Origin: an uncultured Acidobacteriota bacterium | GTDB lineage: Bacteria > Acidobacteriota > Vicinamibacteria > Vicinamibacterales > CAVVIG01 | DNA length: 64,000 bases | Assembly (NCBI GenBank): GCA_963711765.1 | Contig: CAVQFC010000004.1 | Coordinates: forward strand, 835,138 to 899,137 | Reading direction: 5' to 3' | Shown here: positions 1 to 9,369 of the stretch, in pieces | Layout: every line of letters begins with the position of its first letter | Position numbering within the stretch: the stretch's first letter is position 1 | Notes under the pieces: model-generated | What the model saw: the letters and a program-made list of their open reading frames with translations, nothing else | Databases searched by the model: none | Told to the model about the DNA's origin: nothing | Translations under genes and position numbers: made by a program

Positions 1-893
1 CCGGTCAGTCGCGACATGCGTACGAGCTGCATCCCGAAGTTGATGTCGAGGGTCTCCGCGCCGAGCCCGACGGTCACTGGCTTCGCGTCCGCGATCGACG
101 GGACGCCGGGGTAGTAGGTCGGCGCGTAGTTGACCTGCTCGGCGCCGCTACCGGCGCCGGGCGCTGACTGTCCGCCGCGACCGCCGCCACGTCCGCCGAA
201 GCCGCCGCCGGGTCCGCCGGGCCCGTTGGCACCGCCCGGCCCGCCGGTCCCACCAGGACCGCCGAATCCGCCCGGGCCACCACCGCGCGCGACCGCATTG
301 ATGTAGTAGTCGCCGGGCATCAGGCCCCAGACCCGGTACTGACCTCTGTCGTCGGTCTGACCGGCTCCGGCCGGCGTGAGGCGGCGCTCGCCCTGCAGGT
401 ACTGATACCGCATCACGCGTACCATGACGCCAGGCATCGCGTCGCCGTCCTCGTCGAGGACCTGCCCGCCGATGACGCTTCCGCGCGGCAGCTGAAAGTT
501 GACGTCCTTCAACTGCTGTCCCTCGACGAGCTGCAGCGGCGTCCCGGACTGCAGCGGCCGCCGTTGTCCATAGGAGAGCGACACGAATCCCGACTTGGAC
601 GCGGTGATCGTGTAGCGGCCTGCGGGCAGTTCGGTGAAGTCGAAGACGCCGTTGTCGTCGGTCAGCATGCCGCGTCCGCCCTGGAGTTCGGCGGCGGCTG
701 CAAACACGCGCGCCCGTTTGACCGGGCGTCCGTTGTCGCCGGCGATGACATGGCCGGTGATCCGGCCGGTCGGAGCAGGGGCGGCCTGCGTTTGCGCGGA
801 GGTGTCGCGGGCTGGTTGCTGCTGCGCGCCGCCGGCGGTGGCGAACGCAAGGACAAGGACGGCGATCGTGCTGCGGAGTATCACGCTACTCAT
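1..893 (-). CDS. CarboxypepD_reg (carboxypeptidase-regulatory-like) domain protein, N-terminal part; probably a TonB-dependent-receptor-type outer-membrane protein whose 3' end lies beyond the window edge
   Basis: Open at the window edge, so absent from the ORF track. Own translation from ATG at 893..891 gives MSSVILRSTIAVLVLAFATAGGAQQ (signal peptide). Two units follow, like GRITGHVIAGDNGRPVKRARVF..TDDNGVFDFTELPAGRYTITASKSGF, then a Gly-rich GGPGGFGGPGGTGGPGG tract. Confidence 0.6.
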   Translation of the reverse strand, partial: MSSVILRSTIAVLVLAFATAGGAQQQPARDTSAQTQAAPAPTGRITGHVIAGDNGRPVKRARVFAAAAELQGGRGMLTDDNGVFDFTELPAGRYTITASKSGFVSLSYGQRRPLQSGTPLQLVEGQQLKDVNFQLPRGSVIGGQVLDEDGDAMPGVMVRVMRYQYLQGERRLTPAGAGQTDDRGQYRVWGLMPGDYYINAVARGGGPGGFGGPGGTGGPGGANGPGGPGGGFGGRGGGRGGQSAPGAGSGAEQVNYAPTYYPGVPSIADAKPVTVGLGAETLDINFGMQLVRMSRLT

Positions 894-924
894 TAGACCC
901 GAGGCCGGGCGAACCGGTTGACTG

Positions 925-1737
925 TCACGATTTTTTCATCGTGATCGCGACCCAGCCCTCGTCTTCCTGCTCCCGTTCGAGATTCGCCGACGGGGACAGC
1001 GCCGCCACGACGGCATCGCGCTCGTGCGATTGAAGTCCGCTGACCACCAGCCGCCCGCCGGATTTCGCGGCCGCGAGGAGCACCGGGGCCGACCGCACCA
1101 ACAGCGCACCGGTCAGGTTCGCGACGACGACGTCGGCGGCTGCGGGGTGCGCCGAGGCGAGATCGGCGACCTCGAAGGTGACCCGCCGCGCGCCGGGATT
1201 CAACGGCAGGTTGTCGCGCGCGGACTGGACGGCGTCCTCGTCGCTGTCGATGCCGATGGCACGCGCCGCGCCGAGACGGTCGGCGGCCAACGCCAGCACA
1301 CCCGACCCGGTGCCGACGTCGAGCACCGAAAGGCCCTCGAGTTCGATGTGCTGCAGCGCGTCAAGGCACAGGCGTGTGGTGGCGTGGTGTCCGGTGCCGA
1401 ATCCCATAGACGGCAGGATCACGATCGTGAGCGCGCGGGCGTCGTTCGACGTTGCGGCGGGCGACCACGGCGGCGCCACCGTGAGGCGGCCGACCGTGAC
1501 CGGCAGCAGGTTGTCCTGGGAGCGTCGCGCCCAGTCCTCGTCAGGGACGTCAACGGCGCGCACATCGAAGGTCCCGGTGAGCGCCGCGCCTGCGGCGTCG
1601 CGTGATGCGGCCGTCGAGAAGAAGAGGCGAACCATTCCGCCGCTTTCGTCCACGGCGACCGGCGCGAAGTCGTCGACGATCGCGAGCAGCATGTCCGGAG
1701 ACGCGGTGCGGACGTCGAGTGCGGGGTAGTCCTTCAC
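925..1737 (-). CDS. prmA: Ribosomal protein L11 methyltransferase
   Basis: 270-aa ORF with SMGFGTGHHATTRLCL and VLDVGTGSGVLA SAM-binding motifs. Its start abuts the dnaJ stop with no gap. Confidence 0.85.
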   Translation of the reverse strand: MKDYPALDVRTASPDMLLAIVDDFAPVAVDESGGMVRLFFSTAASRDAAGAALTGTFDVRAVDVPDEDWARRSQDNLLPVTVGRLTVAPPWSPAATSNDARALTIVILPSMGFGTGHHATTRLCLDALQHIELEGLSVLDVGTGSGVLALAADRLGAARAIGIDSDEDAVQSARDNLPLNPGARRVTFEVADLASAHPAAADVVVANLTGALLVRSAPVLLAAAKSGGRLVVSGLQSHERDAVVAALSPSANLEREQEDEGWVAITMKKS

Positions 1738-2895
1738 CTAGCCGAACATGTCCTTGACGCGATCGAAGAGGTTGCGCTCGTCCTGCGTTTCGTCTTCGCG
1801 CGCGCGCGGTTCGAATTTTTCGGGCGGAAGCGCCTTGGTCAGCTGCTCGATCAGCTGACGCTGCTCCTTGTTCAACTTCCGGGGCGTCCGCACCTGAACG
1901 GTGGCGAAGAGATCGCCGCGTCCGTGTCCGTTGACGTCGGGCATCCCCTTGCCCTTGAGGCGCAGCGTCGTGCCGGTCTGGGTTCCTTCGGGAACCTTCA
2001 CGCGTTCCTGCCCATCGAGCGTCGGCACCTGGATCTCGCCGCCGAGCGCCACGGTGGTGAAGTTGACCGGGATTTCACAGAACAGGTTCAGGCCGTCACG
2101 TCGGAAGAACTCGTGCTCGTGCACGTTGATCACGACGTACAAGTGGCCGGCCGGCCCGCCGCCGGATCCAGCTTCGCCTTCGCCCTGCAGGCGCAGTTGC
2201 TGTCCGGTCGAGATGCCCGCCGGGATCTTCACCGGAATCTTGCGTTCGCGGGCGATGCGGCCGGCGCCTCGGCACACCGTGCACGGCTTGGTGACGACCT
2301 TGCCGGCGCCGCGGCATTGCGGACAGGTGCGCGCGACCGTGAAGAATCCCTGCTGAAATCGAACCTGACCGTGTCCCTGGCAGCCGGGGCAGGTGCTGGC
2401 TGATGATCCGGGCGCGGACCCTGACCCGTGGCAGGTGTCGCAGTTTTCCTGGCGCGGAATCTGAATCGTGGTTTGAGCGCCGTTCGCCGACTCCTCGAAC
2501 GAGATCTCGAGGTCGTACCGCAGATCCGCGCCGCGCTGCGGGCCGCCTCGCCGACGGCCGCCGCCGAACAGGTCGCCGAAGCCGAAGATGTCGCCGAGGC
2601 CACCGAGAATGTCTTCGAAGCCGTTGAAGACGCTGGGATCGAAGCCGGCGCCGCCGGAGCCGGCCGCCGCACTGACGCCCTGATGACCGAAGCGGTCGTA
2701 GAGGCCTCGCTTCTGGGTGTCGGCGAGCACCGAGTACGCCTCGGCCGCTTCCTTGAATCGCTCTTCCGCGACCTGGTCGCCCGGATTGCGATCCGGGTGA
2801 AATTTCATCGCCAGGCGGCGGTACGAACTCTTGATTTCGGTGTCGGTGGAAGTGCGCGTGACTTCCAGGATCTCGTAGTAGTCGCGTTTGCTCAC
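1738..2895 (-). CDS. dnaJ: Molecular chaperone DnaJ
   Basis: 385-aa ORF with J-domain HPDRNP, a G/F-rich linker and four CxxCxGxG zinc-finger repeats. The GTG start overlaps the grpE stop (GTGA, 2892-2895). Confidence 0.95.
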   Translation of the reverse strand: MSKRDYYEILEVTRTSTDTEIKSSYRRLAMKFHPDRNPGDQVAEERFKEAAEAYSVLADTQKRGLYDRFGHQGVSAAAGSGGAGFDPSVFNGFEDILGGLGDIFGFGDLFGGGRRRGGPQRGADLRYDLEISFEESANGAQTTIQIPRQENCDTCHGSGSAPGSSASTCPGCQGHGQVRFQQGFFTVARTCPQCRGAGKVVTKPCTVCRGAGRIARERKIPVKIPAGISTGQQLRLQGEGEAGSGGGPAGHLYVVINVHEHEFFRRDGLNLFCEIPVNFTTVALGGEIQVPTLDGQERVKVPEGTQTGTTLRLKGKGMPDVNGHGRGDLFATVQVRTPRKLNKEQRQLIEQLTKALPPEKFEPRAREDETQDERNLFDRVKDMFG

Positions 2896-3392
2896 GCCTT
2901 GGCCACCTTCACCATTGCCGGCCGCAGCAGGCGGTCGCCGAGCTTGTAGCCTTTCCGCATCTCGCCGATCACTTCGCCGTCACGGTGACCGGGGCTGGCC
3001 TCGTGGAGCACCGCCTGGTGGAGATTCGGATCGAAGTCGGCGCCGAGCGCTTCGATCGGCGTCACGCCCTGCTTGCGCAGCAGGTCCCGCAGCTTGCTGT
3101 GAATCAGTTCCACGCCCTTGCGATAGGCGCCGCCGCCTTCTCCGGCATCGACCGTCACGGCCAGATCGAAGTCGTCCACGACCGCGAGCAGTTCCTGCAG
3201 CAGATCGACGACCGCCTGATCCGCCTGTTCACGCCGCTCCCGCTCGATGCGTTTCCGGTAGTTCTCGAATTCCGCCGTCTTGCGCAGCAGGCGATCCCGG
3301 TAGTCGTCGCGGTCGCGGGTCAGGACGTCGATCTCGGGGGGCGGCGCGTCCGGCGTGGCTTCTGGCGTGTCGGTCAGTGGTTCGTCAGACAT
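2892..3392 (-). CDS. grpE: Nucleotide exchange factor GrpE
   Basis: 166-aa ORF with a GrpE-like coiled coil (TAEFENYRKRIERE) and C-terminal beta domain. Located between hrcA and dnaJ. Confidence 0.9.
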   Translation of the reverse strand: MSDEPLTDTPEATPDAPPPEIDVLTRDRDDYRDRLLRKTAEFENYRKRIERERREQADQAVVDLLQELLAVVDDFDLAVTVDAGEGGGAYRKGVELIHSKLRDLLRKQGVTPIEALGADFDPNLHQAVLHEASPGHRDGEVIGEMRKGYKLGDRLLRPAMVKVAKA

Positions 3393-3488
3393 TCATCAAC
3401 TCTCAACTGTCAACGTTCAACTCTCACGGCCGCGGTCCACTCCAACGCCCGGCGTCGAGGGCCGAGCCCCGAGAGTTGATCGCGGTGT

Positions 3489-4529
3489 TTAGTTCGGATC
3501 CCGGAGGACGCGCGAGACGGCCTGCGCCGCGCCGTCGACGACGGAGATCGCCCGCGAGTAGCGCATCCGCGTCGGACCGATCACGCCAACCGTCCCGATC
3601 CCCGAGCCGTCGTCGTAGGTGGAGAGCACCAGACTGAACGGTCGCAGGTTCGGGTTGAGGTGTTCAGCGCCGATCACGACGGTTACTCCCGGTCCGTCGA
3701 TGTATTCGTTCAGCAGCTCGAGCAGCTTCTGCTTTTCCTCGATCATCAGCATCAGTGCCTGCAGCGTCTGCACCGCCAGCCCCGTCGCATCGTCCAGCAG
3801 TGATGACGCGCCTTCGAGGAAGATCGTGCGGTCGTCCGGCAGGTCGCTGAACGTGGAGGTGGCAAGACGCATGGCCCGCGCCAGCAACGCGTCGTACAGC
3901 AGGCGCTCTTCGTTAATCCGCTCGAGCACCGCTTCCCGTGCGCGGTGCAGTGGCAGGCCGGAGAATTCCGCGTTGAGGTAGTTCGCCGCGTGACGCAGTT
4001 CGTCGGCGCTGAGCGTTTCGCCGACGTCGATCACCTTCTGAATCACATGGCCGCCGCTGGCGACGATGACCACCAGCACGCGGGTCGCGCCGAGCGGCAC
4101 GAACTCGACGCGATCGAAGGTGGCAGCCTCGTGCGCCGGCCGGATCGCGAAACCGACGGTGCGCGCGGCCTGGGACAGCATCAACGACACTTGCGGGAGC
4201 ATCGAATCGAGCAGGCGATCGGGACTGTCGCGGCGAAGACGCGCTTCGACTGCCGTGGCGGCGCGTCCGGGTCGCTTGGCTTCGAGCAGCATGTCCACGT
4301 AGAACCGGTAGCCGCGGTCGGTCGGCACACGGCCGGCCGACGTATGCGGCTGCGCCACGAACCCGTCCTCTTCGAGCCGGGACAGGATGCTGCGCACCGT
4401 CGCCGACGATACGCCGAGACCGGCCGCCGTGACCAGTAACGACGATGCAACGGGTTCACCCGAGGTGATGTACTCGCGGACCAGGGCAGCCAGGACCCGC
4501 TTCGACCGATCGGCAGCGTCTTGGGACAT
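3489..4529 (-). CDS. hrcA: Heat-inducible transcription repressor HrcA
   Basis: 346-aa ORF with an N-terminal winged-helix (LAALVREYITSGEPVASSLL). First gene of the chaperone operon; a CIRCE-like operator lies directly upstream. Confidence 0.9.
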   Translation of the reverse strand: MSQDAADRSKRVLAALVREYITSGEPVASSLLVTAAGLGVSSATVRSILSRLEEDGFVAQPHTSAGRVPTDRGYRFYVDMLLEAKRPGRAATAVEARLRRDSPDRLLDSMLPQVSLMLSQAARTVGFAIRPAHEAATFDRVEFVPLGATRVLVVIVASGGHVIQKVIDVGETLSADELRHAANYLNAEFSGLPLHRAREAVLERINEERLLYDALLARAMRLATSTFSDLPDDRTIFLEGASSLLDDATGLAVQTLQALMLMIEEKQKLLELLNEYIDGPGVTVVIGAEHLNPNLRPFSLVLSTYDDGSGIGTVGVIGPTRMRYSRAISVVDGAAQAVSRVLRDPN

Positions 4530-4535
4530 GTGAGG

Positions 4536-4562
4536 TTGGCAGTCCTACCTTTCGACTGCTAA
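4536..4562 (-). promoter_or_regulatory. CIRCE-like HrcA operator (inverted repeat)
   Basis: Minus strand reads TTAGCAGTC-GAAAGGTAG-GACTGCCAA, versus consensus TTAGCACTC-N9-GAGTGCTAA. The arms pair at 8/9 positions. It lies 7 nt upstream of the hrcA ATG. Confidence 0.7.
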
Positions 4563-4565
4563 GAC

Positions 4566-4594
4566 ATTATACAGGGTGATCGGCCCGCTCACAA
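4566..4594 (-). promoter_or_regulatory. Sigma70-type promoter of the hrcA operon
   Basis: Minus strand: TTGTGA (4594..4589), a 17-nt spacer, then a perfect TATAAT (4571..4566) 3 nt before the CIRCE element. Confidence 0.55.
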
Positions 4595-4681
4595 AGGCAA
4601 AATCAGGCTAAGTACCAATCTGTCTGTGTTTAAGCGACGTGTTGCTCCGCTTTACTTCGACGCGCGCGGTGGTTGGAGGAT

Positions 4682-6008
4682 TCAGATTCCCGCGCGGGCC
4701 GCCAGGTCGCGGGCCGCCGCTCGAGCTTCGATCGCAACCTCGAGCCGGTCGACCCGCACAGGCGCGAAGTCGTGGACCAGCAGTTCGCCGTCCACGATCG
4801 TCGTCCGTACGTCGCTGCCACGGGCCGCATAGACCAGCGTCGAATACGGATCCGGTCCCGGCGACAGATGCGGACGATCCCGCTCGACCACGATGACATC
4901 CGCGCGTTTGCCGACTTCGAGCGACCCGATCTCATGCTCGAGCCCCAGCGTCCGCGCGCCTGCCGTGGTCGCCATCGCGACGCACGTCGCGCGCCGGCAG
5001 GATCCCAGGCCGGACGCGCATCGCCTGGAGGATCGCGGCCAGGCGCATCTCGTCGAACATGTCGAGGCGGTTGTTGCAGGCAGCGCCGTCGGCTCCGAGC
5101 GACACGGTGATGCCGCGGGCGATCATCTCCGGCACCGGCGCGACGCCGGATCCCAGCTTCAGGTTCGAGCCCGGACAGTGCATCACCTTCACGTCGTGCT
5201 CGGCGAGCAGTCGCTGCTCGGCCTCGTCGGCCCACACGCAGTGCGCCGCGCACAGACGGGGCGTCGCCAGGTGAAGACTGGCCAGGTACGCGAGGTTGCC
5301 CAGGCCGCCGGACCGTTCGCGCACGATGGCAATCTCTTCGCGCGATTCCGACGCGTGGGTGTGGACCAGCGCGTGATGCTGTTGTGAAAGGCCGGCGACG
5401 GCCTCGAGGAGCTCGCGCGAGCACGAGACCGCGAATCGCGGCGCGAACGCCGCGTGCAGGCGGCCGTTGGCGGCGCCGTCCCAGCGCGCGCGGATGGCGA
5501 CGCTCTCGTCGATTGAGGCGCGGGTCTGTTCCTGCAGGCGGCCGGGGACCTGCGCGTCGAAATCCATCATGCACTTGCCGATGACCGCTCGCATCCCGCT
5601 CTCGGCGACCGCCTCGAACACCACATCCGTGTCGTGGACCGTCTCCATCGTCAGCACCGAGGTGGTGCCGCTGGCCAGAAGCTCGGTCGTGGCGAGCCGC
5701 GCCGCCGACCGAAGCGAGGCCGGGGTATGCGCCGCTTCCATCGGCCACACCCGCGTGCGCAGCCAGTCCATCAGCGGGAGGTCGTCGGCGAATCCTCGAA
5801 ACAGCGTCTGGCAGAGGTGAATGTGCGTCTGGATGAATCCGGGAAGGACGTAACCGCCGTGCGCGTCGATCGTGCGGGTGTGGGGCTCGGTGATATGCGG
5901 GGCGATGGCGGCGATGCGGCCGTCCTGGATCGAGACATCGCCCTCGACGATCTCGAACCGATCGTTCATCGTGACGACGATGCCGCCGCGTATCAGTAAC
6001 GACGACAT
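4682..6008 (-). pseudogene. Amidohydrolase (MtaD / cytosine-guanine deaminase-like), reading frame broken once
   Basis: The N-terminal 4932..6008 ORF (HIHLCQT, HTHASES, metal-ligand pattern) continues in the 4682..4975 ORF (MATTAGARTLGLEHEIGSLEVGKRADV). There is a single +1 shift near 4975-4990. Confidence 0.8.
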
Positions 6009-6014
6009 GCAGGA

Positions 6015-6118
6015 AATTCAGATTTCAGAATTCAGATTGCAGATCGAAACTTCAGGTTGGAACTTCTGACTTCTGAGTCGACACTTCTGGCTTCACACCT
6101 TTCACTTCTAACTTCAGC
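6015..6118. repeat. 7-nt periodic word array (GANTTCA then CTTCNNN words), imperfect hairpin
   Basis: The 7-nt register is kept from 6021 to 6118: gatttca gaattca gattgca ... cttctga cttctga ... cttcaca. It overlaps the last ~22 codons of the XdhC ORF. Confidence 0.6.
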
Positions 6119-6927
6119 GAAGCGGGAGTCCAGCGCATCGACGTTGGATGTTCTTTGCCGTGCTTGACCGCGATCAACTCGGCCAGAATGCTGACTGCGA
6201 TTTCCTGGGGCGTGACCGCGCCGATGTCGAGGCCGATCGGCGCATGCACCCGGGCCAGCAGATCGGCGGGCATCTGTTCGTCGACGAGCGCCTGATAGAT
6301 GCGCGCGACCTTGGCGCGGCTGCCGATCAAGCCGAGGTAGCGCAATTCGCGCGGCGCCAGCGCGCGAAGCGCATCGAGGTCGTTGGTGTGTCCCCGCGTC
6401 ACGATTACGGTGTAGGCGTGCGCGGGCAGGCGGGTGCGGGCGATCCACGCCGGAATGTCTTCGACCACGATTTCGACGGCGGCGGGAAAGCGCTCGGTGT
6501 TGGCGAACTTCTCGCGGTCGTCAACGACGTGGACGCGAAATCCCACTTCCTGGGCGACGCGGGCGAGATGAAAACCGACGTGGCCGGCGCCGATGATGTA
6601 GAGCTCGGGCGAGGGCTCGATCGGCTCGATGTAGACATCCATCTGACCGCCGCAGATGAGACCGCTTTCCTGCGCGAAATCGTCCGACAGTTCGTAGTGG
6701 ATCAACTGCGGAGCGCGGGTCACGATCGCTTCGCGCGCTTTCCCGAACGCGTCGTTCTCGTAGCAGCCGCCGCCGATGGTGCCGACGATCCGTCCGTCGC
6801 CGAACACCAGCATCTTGGCGCCGACCCGTTGAGGGGTCGAGCCGGTGGTGGAGACGATGGTCACCAGCGCGGCCGGTTCCCCGCGGTCGAGCGCGTCGGC
6901 GACGGCGGCAAAGACTTCGCGGTTCAT
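6052..6927 (-). CDS. XdhC/CoxI family accessory protein
   Basis: 291-aa ORF with an XdhC N-terminal region (VSTTGSTPQRVGAKM), a Rossmann segment (LYIIGAGHVG) and TRGHTNDLDAL. The C-terminal tail is encoded by the repeat array, so the true stop is uncertain. Confidence 0.8.
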   Translation of the reverse strand: MNREVFAAVADALDRGEPAALVTIVSTTGSTPQRVGAKMLVFGDGRIVGTIGGGCYENDAFGKAREAIVTRAPQLIHYELSDDFAQESGLICGGQMDVYIEPIEPSPELYIIGAGHVGFHLARVAQEVGFRVHVVDDREKFANTERFPAAVEIVVEDIPAWIARTRLPAHAYTVIVTRGHTNDLDALRALAPRELRYLGLIGSRAKVARIYQALVDEQMPADLLARVHAPIGLDIGAVTPQEIAVSILAELIAVKHGKEHPTSMRWTPASLKLEVKGVKPEVSTQKSEVPT

Positions 6928-6975
6928 CTATGGCGATTATACGGGACCGGCGCCATCATCACGAGGACTGGCAGG

Positions 6976-9369
6976 CTATCGGTGCACGTCGCAGGTTTGC
7001 GTCGGCTCGGTCCCGGCGATGAACGACTCGTTGATCACTTTCGGACAGAACGGCGTCGCGAGCTTGCCGGTGGCCGCGTCGATGTTCACGAACGCAATGC
7101 CGTCAGGCACGTCGAAGGGGACGCTGGCCCGCCCGGCGAGCGCGGTTTTCATGAACTGGGTCCAGATCGGCAGCGCCGCGCGCGCACCGCTGAGTCCGAC
7201 CGGCTGGTTGTCGTCGAAGCCGACCCAGACGACGGTGAGCAGGTCGGGTGTGAAACCTGCGAACCAGGCGTCCCGCAGGTCGTTGGTGGTGCCGGTCTTG
7301 CCGGCGGCGTCGAGCGTGAACCCATTGGCACGTGCGCTGGCGGCGGTGCCCTCGTTGAGCACGCTGCGCATCATGTTGGTGACCAGAAACGTCGTGTCGG
7401 AACGTGCGACGCGGCGCGGCGGCACCTCCTTGTCCCTGGTGACGTCCTTGCCGCCGCTGACGATCTTCAACAGGTGCTTCAACGGTCGGATCGCGCCGCC
7501 GTTGGGAAACAGCGTATACGCGGTGGCGATTTCATACGGCGTCGCCTCGAACACGCCGAGCGCAATCGACGGATACGCCTTCGGCGCCGCGCCGACGCCA
7601 AGCGTCTTCCAGAAATTCGCGACACGGTCGTAACCTGCCGCCTGCGCGACATGGATGGTGCCGAGGTTGCGCGAATGTGCCAGTGCGCGCCGGAAGGTGA
7701 TGGGGCCGTCGTACTCGTGCTCGTAGTTCTCCGGTGTCCACTCCTGATCGTCGAACTCGAATGTCTCCTGCTCGTCGTTGGTGATTGACGCCGGCGTGAT
7801 GTCGGCGCGCCCCTGCCTGGCGGCCTCCTCGAATGCGGTGAGGAACACGAACGGCTTGAACACCGATCCGGGCTGGCGGCGTGATGCGATGGCGCGATCG
7901 TATTGCGACTGGTTGTACGAACGCCCGCCGACGAACGCCAGAATCTCGCCGGTGTGTGGATCCACCGCGATCAGCGCGGCCTCGGCCTTTCCGCGCTTGC
8001 GCCTGGCGAGCAGGCTGTCCACCTGAAGCAGGCCATCGCGCACGGCGTCCTGCGCCAGACGCTGCAGGTGCAGATCGAGCGTCGTGTACACATCGACCGG
8101 CTGCGTCGTCGTCGTGGTCAGGCCCGGATAGCGCTCGTCGAGCGTCTGTCCGACGTAGTCGACGAAGTAGGGCGCCTCGGATTCGAGCGCCCGCTGGACC
8201 ACCAGCAGCGGCTCGTGGATGGCGCGCTCGGCGGCGTCCTGCTGAAGATAGCCGGCGTCCACCATCGACTGGAGTACCACGTTGCGGCGCTCGCGGCAGC
8301 GCACCGGGTTGTTGAATGGCGACAGCGCCGACGGCGACTGGAAGACGCCGGCGATGGTCGCCGCTTCAGCGAGCGAGACGTTGCTGACGTCCTTGCCGAA
8401 GAACAGCCGCGCCGCTTCCGCAACGCCGACGATGCCGAACGAGCCGCGCTGACCGAGGGTCATGTCGTTGAGGTACATCTCGAGGATGGCGTCCTTGGAC
8501 GCGCGGGTGGTGAGGATCAGCGAGACCCAGACTTCGAGCAGTTTGCGGCGGACCGACTTCTCGCGTGCGTCCTTCAGCGTCATACCGGGAAACATCTTCG
8601 GCAGGAAGACATTGCGCGCGACCTGCTGCGTGATCGTGCTGGCGCCGGACATATACTGACGCCGACCACTCAGGTTCGAGACGATCGCGCCAGCGATGCC
8701 GATCGGATCGATGCCGGGGTGATCGTAGAAGCGGCGATCCTCGATCGACAGCACCGCCTGGGTCAGCCGCGAGGGAATTGCCGCGATCGCCACGGGCCGC
8801 CGCTTTTCCCGATCGCCAACCGTCAACGTCGTCAAGACCGGCGCGTCCAGAATCAGCCGCTCGCTCGGCGCTCCGTTGATTTCCAGCCCGAGGACATGAT
8901 CGGCCGGACGCGGACGGACCGGAGGAGGCGGCGGTTTGCGCGCCGGCGTCTTTGGTCTCACATCCGGTCGCTGGAACACCACGCGCACGATCTGACCCTT
9001 GAGCTCGGGCGTGCGCGCCATCAGCGCCACGACACCGGTGCCGGTCGTGAATTCGCCAGGCTTCCCGATCGCGGTGCGCTGCGCGTAGCCGAGGTCGTTC
9101 AGGCGGTCGATCAGCTGCCGATCGGTGAGCGCCTGGCCCCGTCGCAGTTCGAGCGGCCGCGCGAACACGCGGGGAAACGTGGTGGCGCGCTCGCCGTGCA
9201 GCCGCACGTCGATCAAGTGCGCGAACCGGACGTAGTAATAGGTCGCGAGCCCGCAGAGGATGACGGTCGGGATGGCGAGCGCGAGGGCGACCACACGCAC
9301 CCAGCCCTTGCGCCAGGTGGCGACGACCCGGAAGCGAAGACGTTTGCCTTTCGGTTTAGATCGTGACAA
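6976..9369 (-). CDS. Penicillin-binding protein 1A family (bifunctional glycosyltransferase/transpeptidase)
   Basis: 797-aa ORF with an N-terminal TM helix, GT51 motifs (EDRRFYDHPGID, GASTITQQ) and transpeptidase motifs SVFKP, SRN, KTGTT. Confidence 0.9.
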   Translation of the reverse strand: MSRSKPKGKRLRFRVVATWRKGWVRVVALALAIPTVILCGLATYYYVRFAHLIDVRLHGERATTFPRVFARPLELRRGQALTDRQLIDRLNDLGYAQRTAIGKPGEFTTGTGVVALMARTPELKGQIVRVVFQRPDVRPKTPARKPPPPPVRPRPADHVLGLEINGAPSERLILDAPVLTTLTVGDREKRRPVAIAAIPSRLTQAVLSIEDRRFYDHPGIDPIGIAGAIVSNLSGRRQYMSGASTITQQVARNVFLPKMFPGMTLKDAREKSVRRKLLEVWVSLILTTRASKDAILEMYLNDMTLGQRGSFGIVGVAEAARLFFGKDVSNVSLAEAATIAGVFQSPSALSPFNNPVRCRERRNVVLQSMVDAGYLQQDAAERAIHEPLLVVQRALESEAPYFVDYVGQTLDERYPGLTTTTTQPVDVYTTLDLHLQRLAQDAVRDGLLQVDSLLARRKRGKAEAALIAVDPHTGEILAFVGGRSYNQSQYDRAIASRRQPGSVFKPFVFLTAFEEAARQGRADITPASITNDEQETFEFDDQEWTPENYEHEYDGPITFRRALAHSRNLGTIHVAQAAGYDRVANFWKTLGVGAAPKAYPSIALGVFEATPYEIATAYTLFPNGGAIRPLKHLLKIVSGGKDVTRDKEVPPRRVARSDTTFLVTNMMRSVLNEGTAASARANGFTLDAAGKTGTTNDLRDAWFAGFTPDLLTVVWVGFDDNQPVGLSGARAALPIWTQFMKTALAGRASVPFDVPDGIAFVNIDAATGKLATPFCPKVINESFIAGTEPTQTCDVHR

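Noticed and set aside
6148-9366. Long plus-strand ORFs (6148..7788, 546 aa; 7903..9366, 487 aa) opposite XdhC and PBP1A. Similar ones are 46264..48606 (+), 18016..19893 (-), 39315..40667 (-), 4630..5748 (-), 60376..61398 (-) and 61405..62610 (-).
   Set aside because: They are Arg/Gly/Asp-rich with no recognisable motifs. They lie antisense to ORFs with clear family signatures. These are typical shadow ORFs of high-GC DNA.
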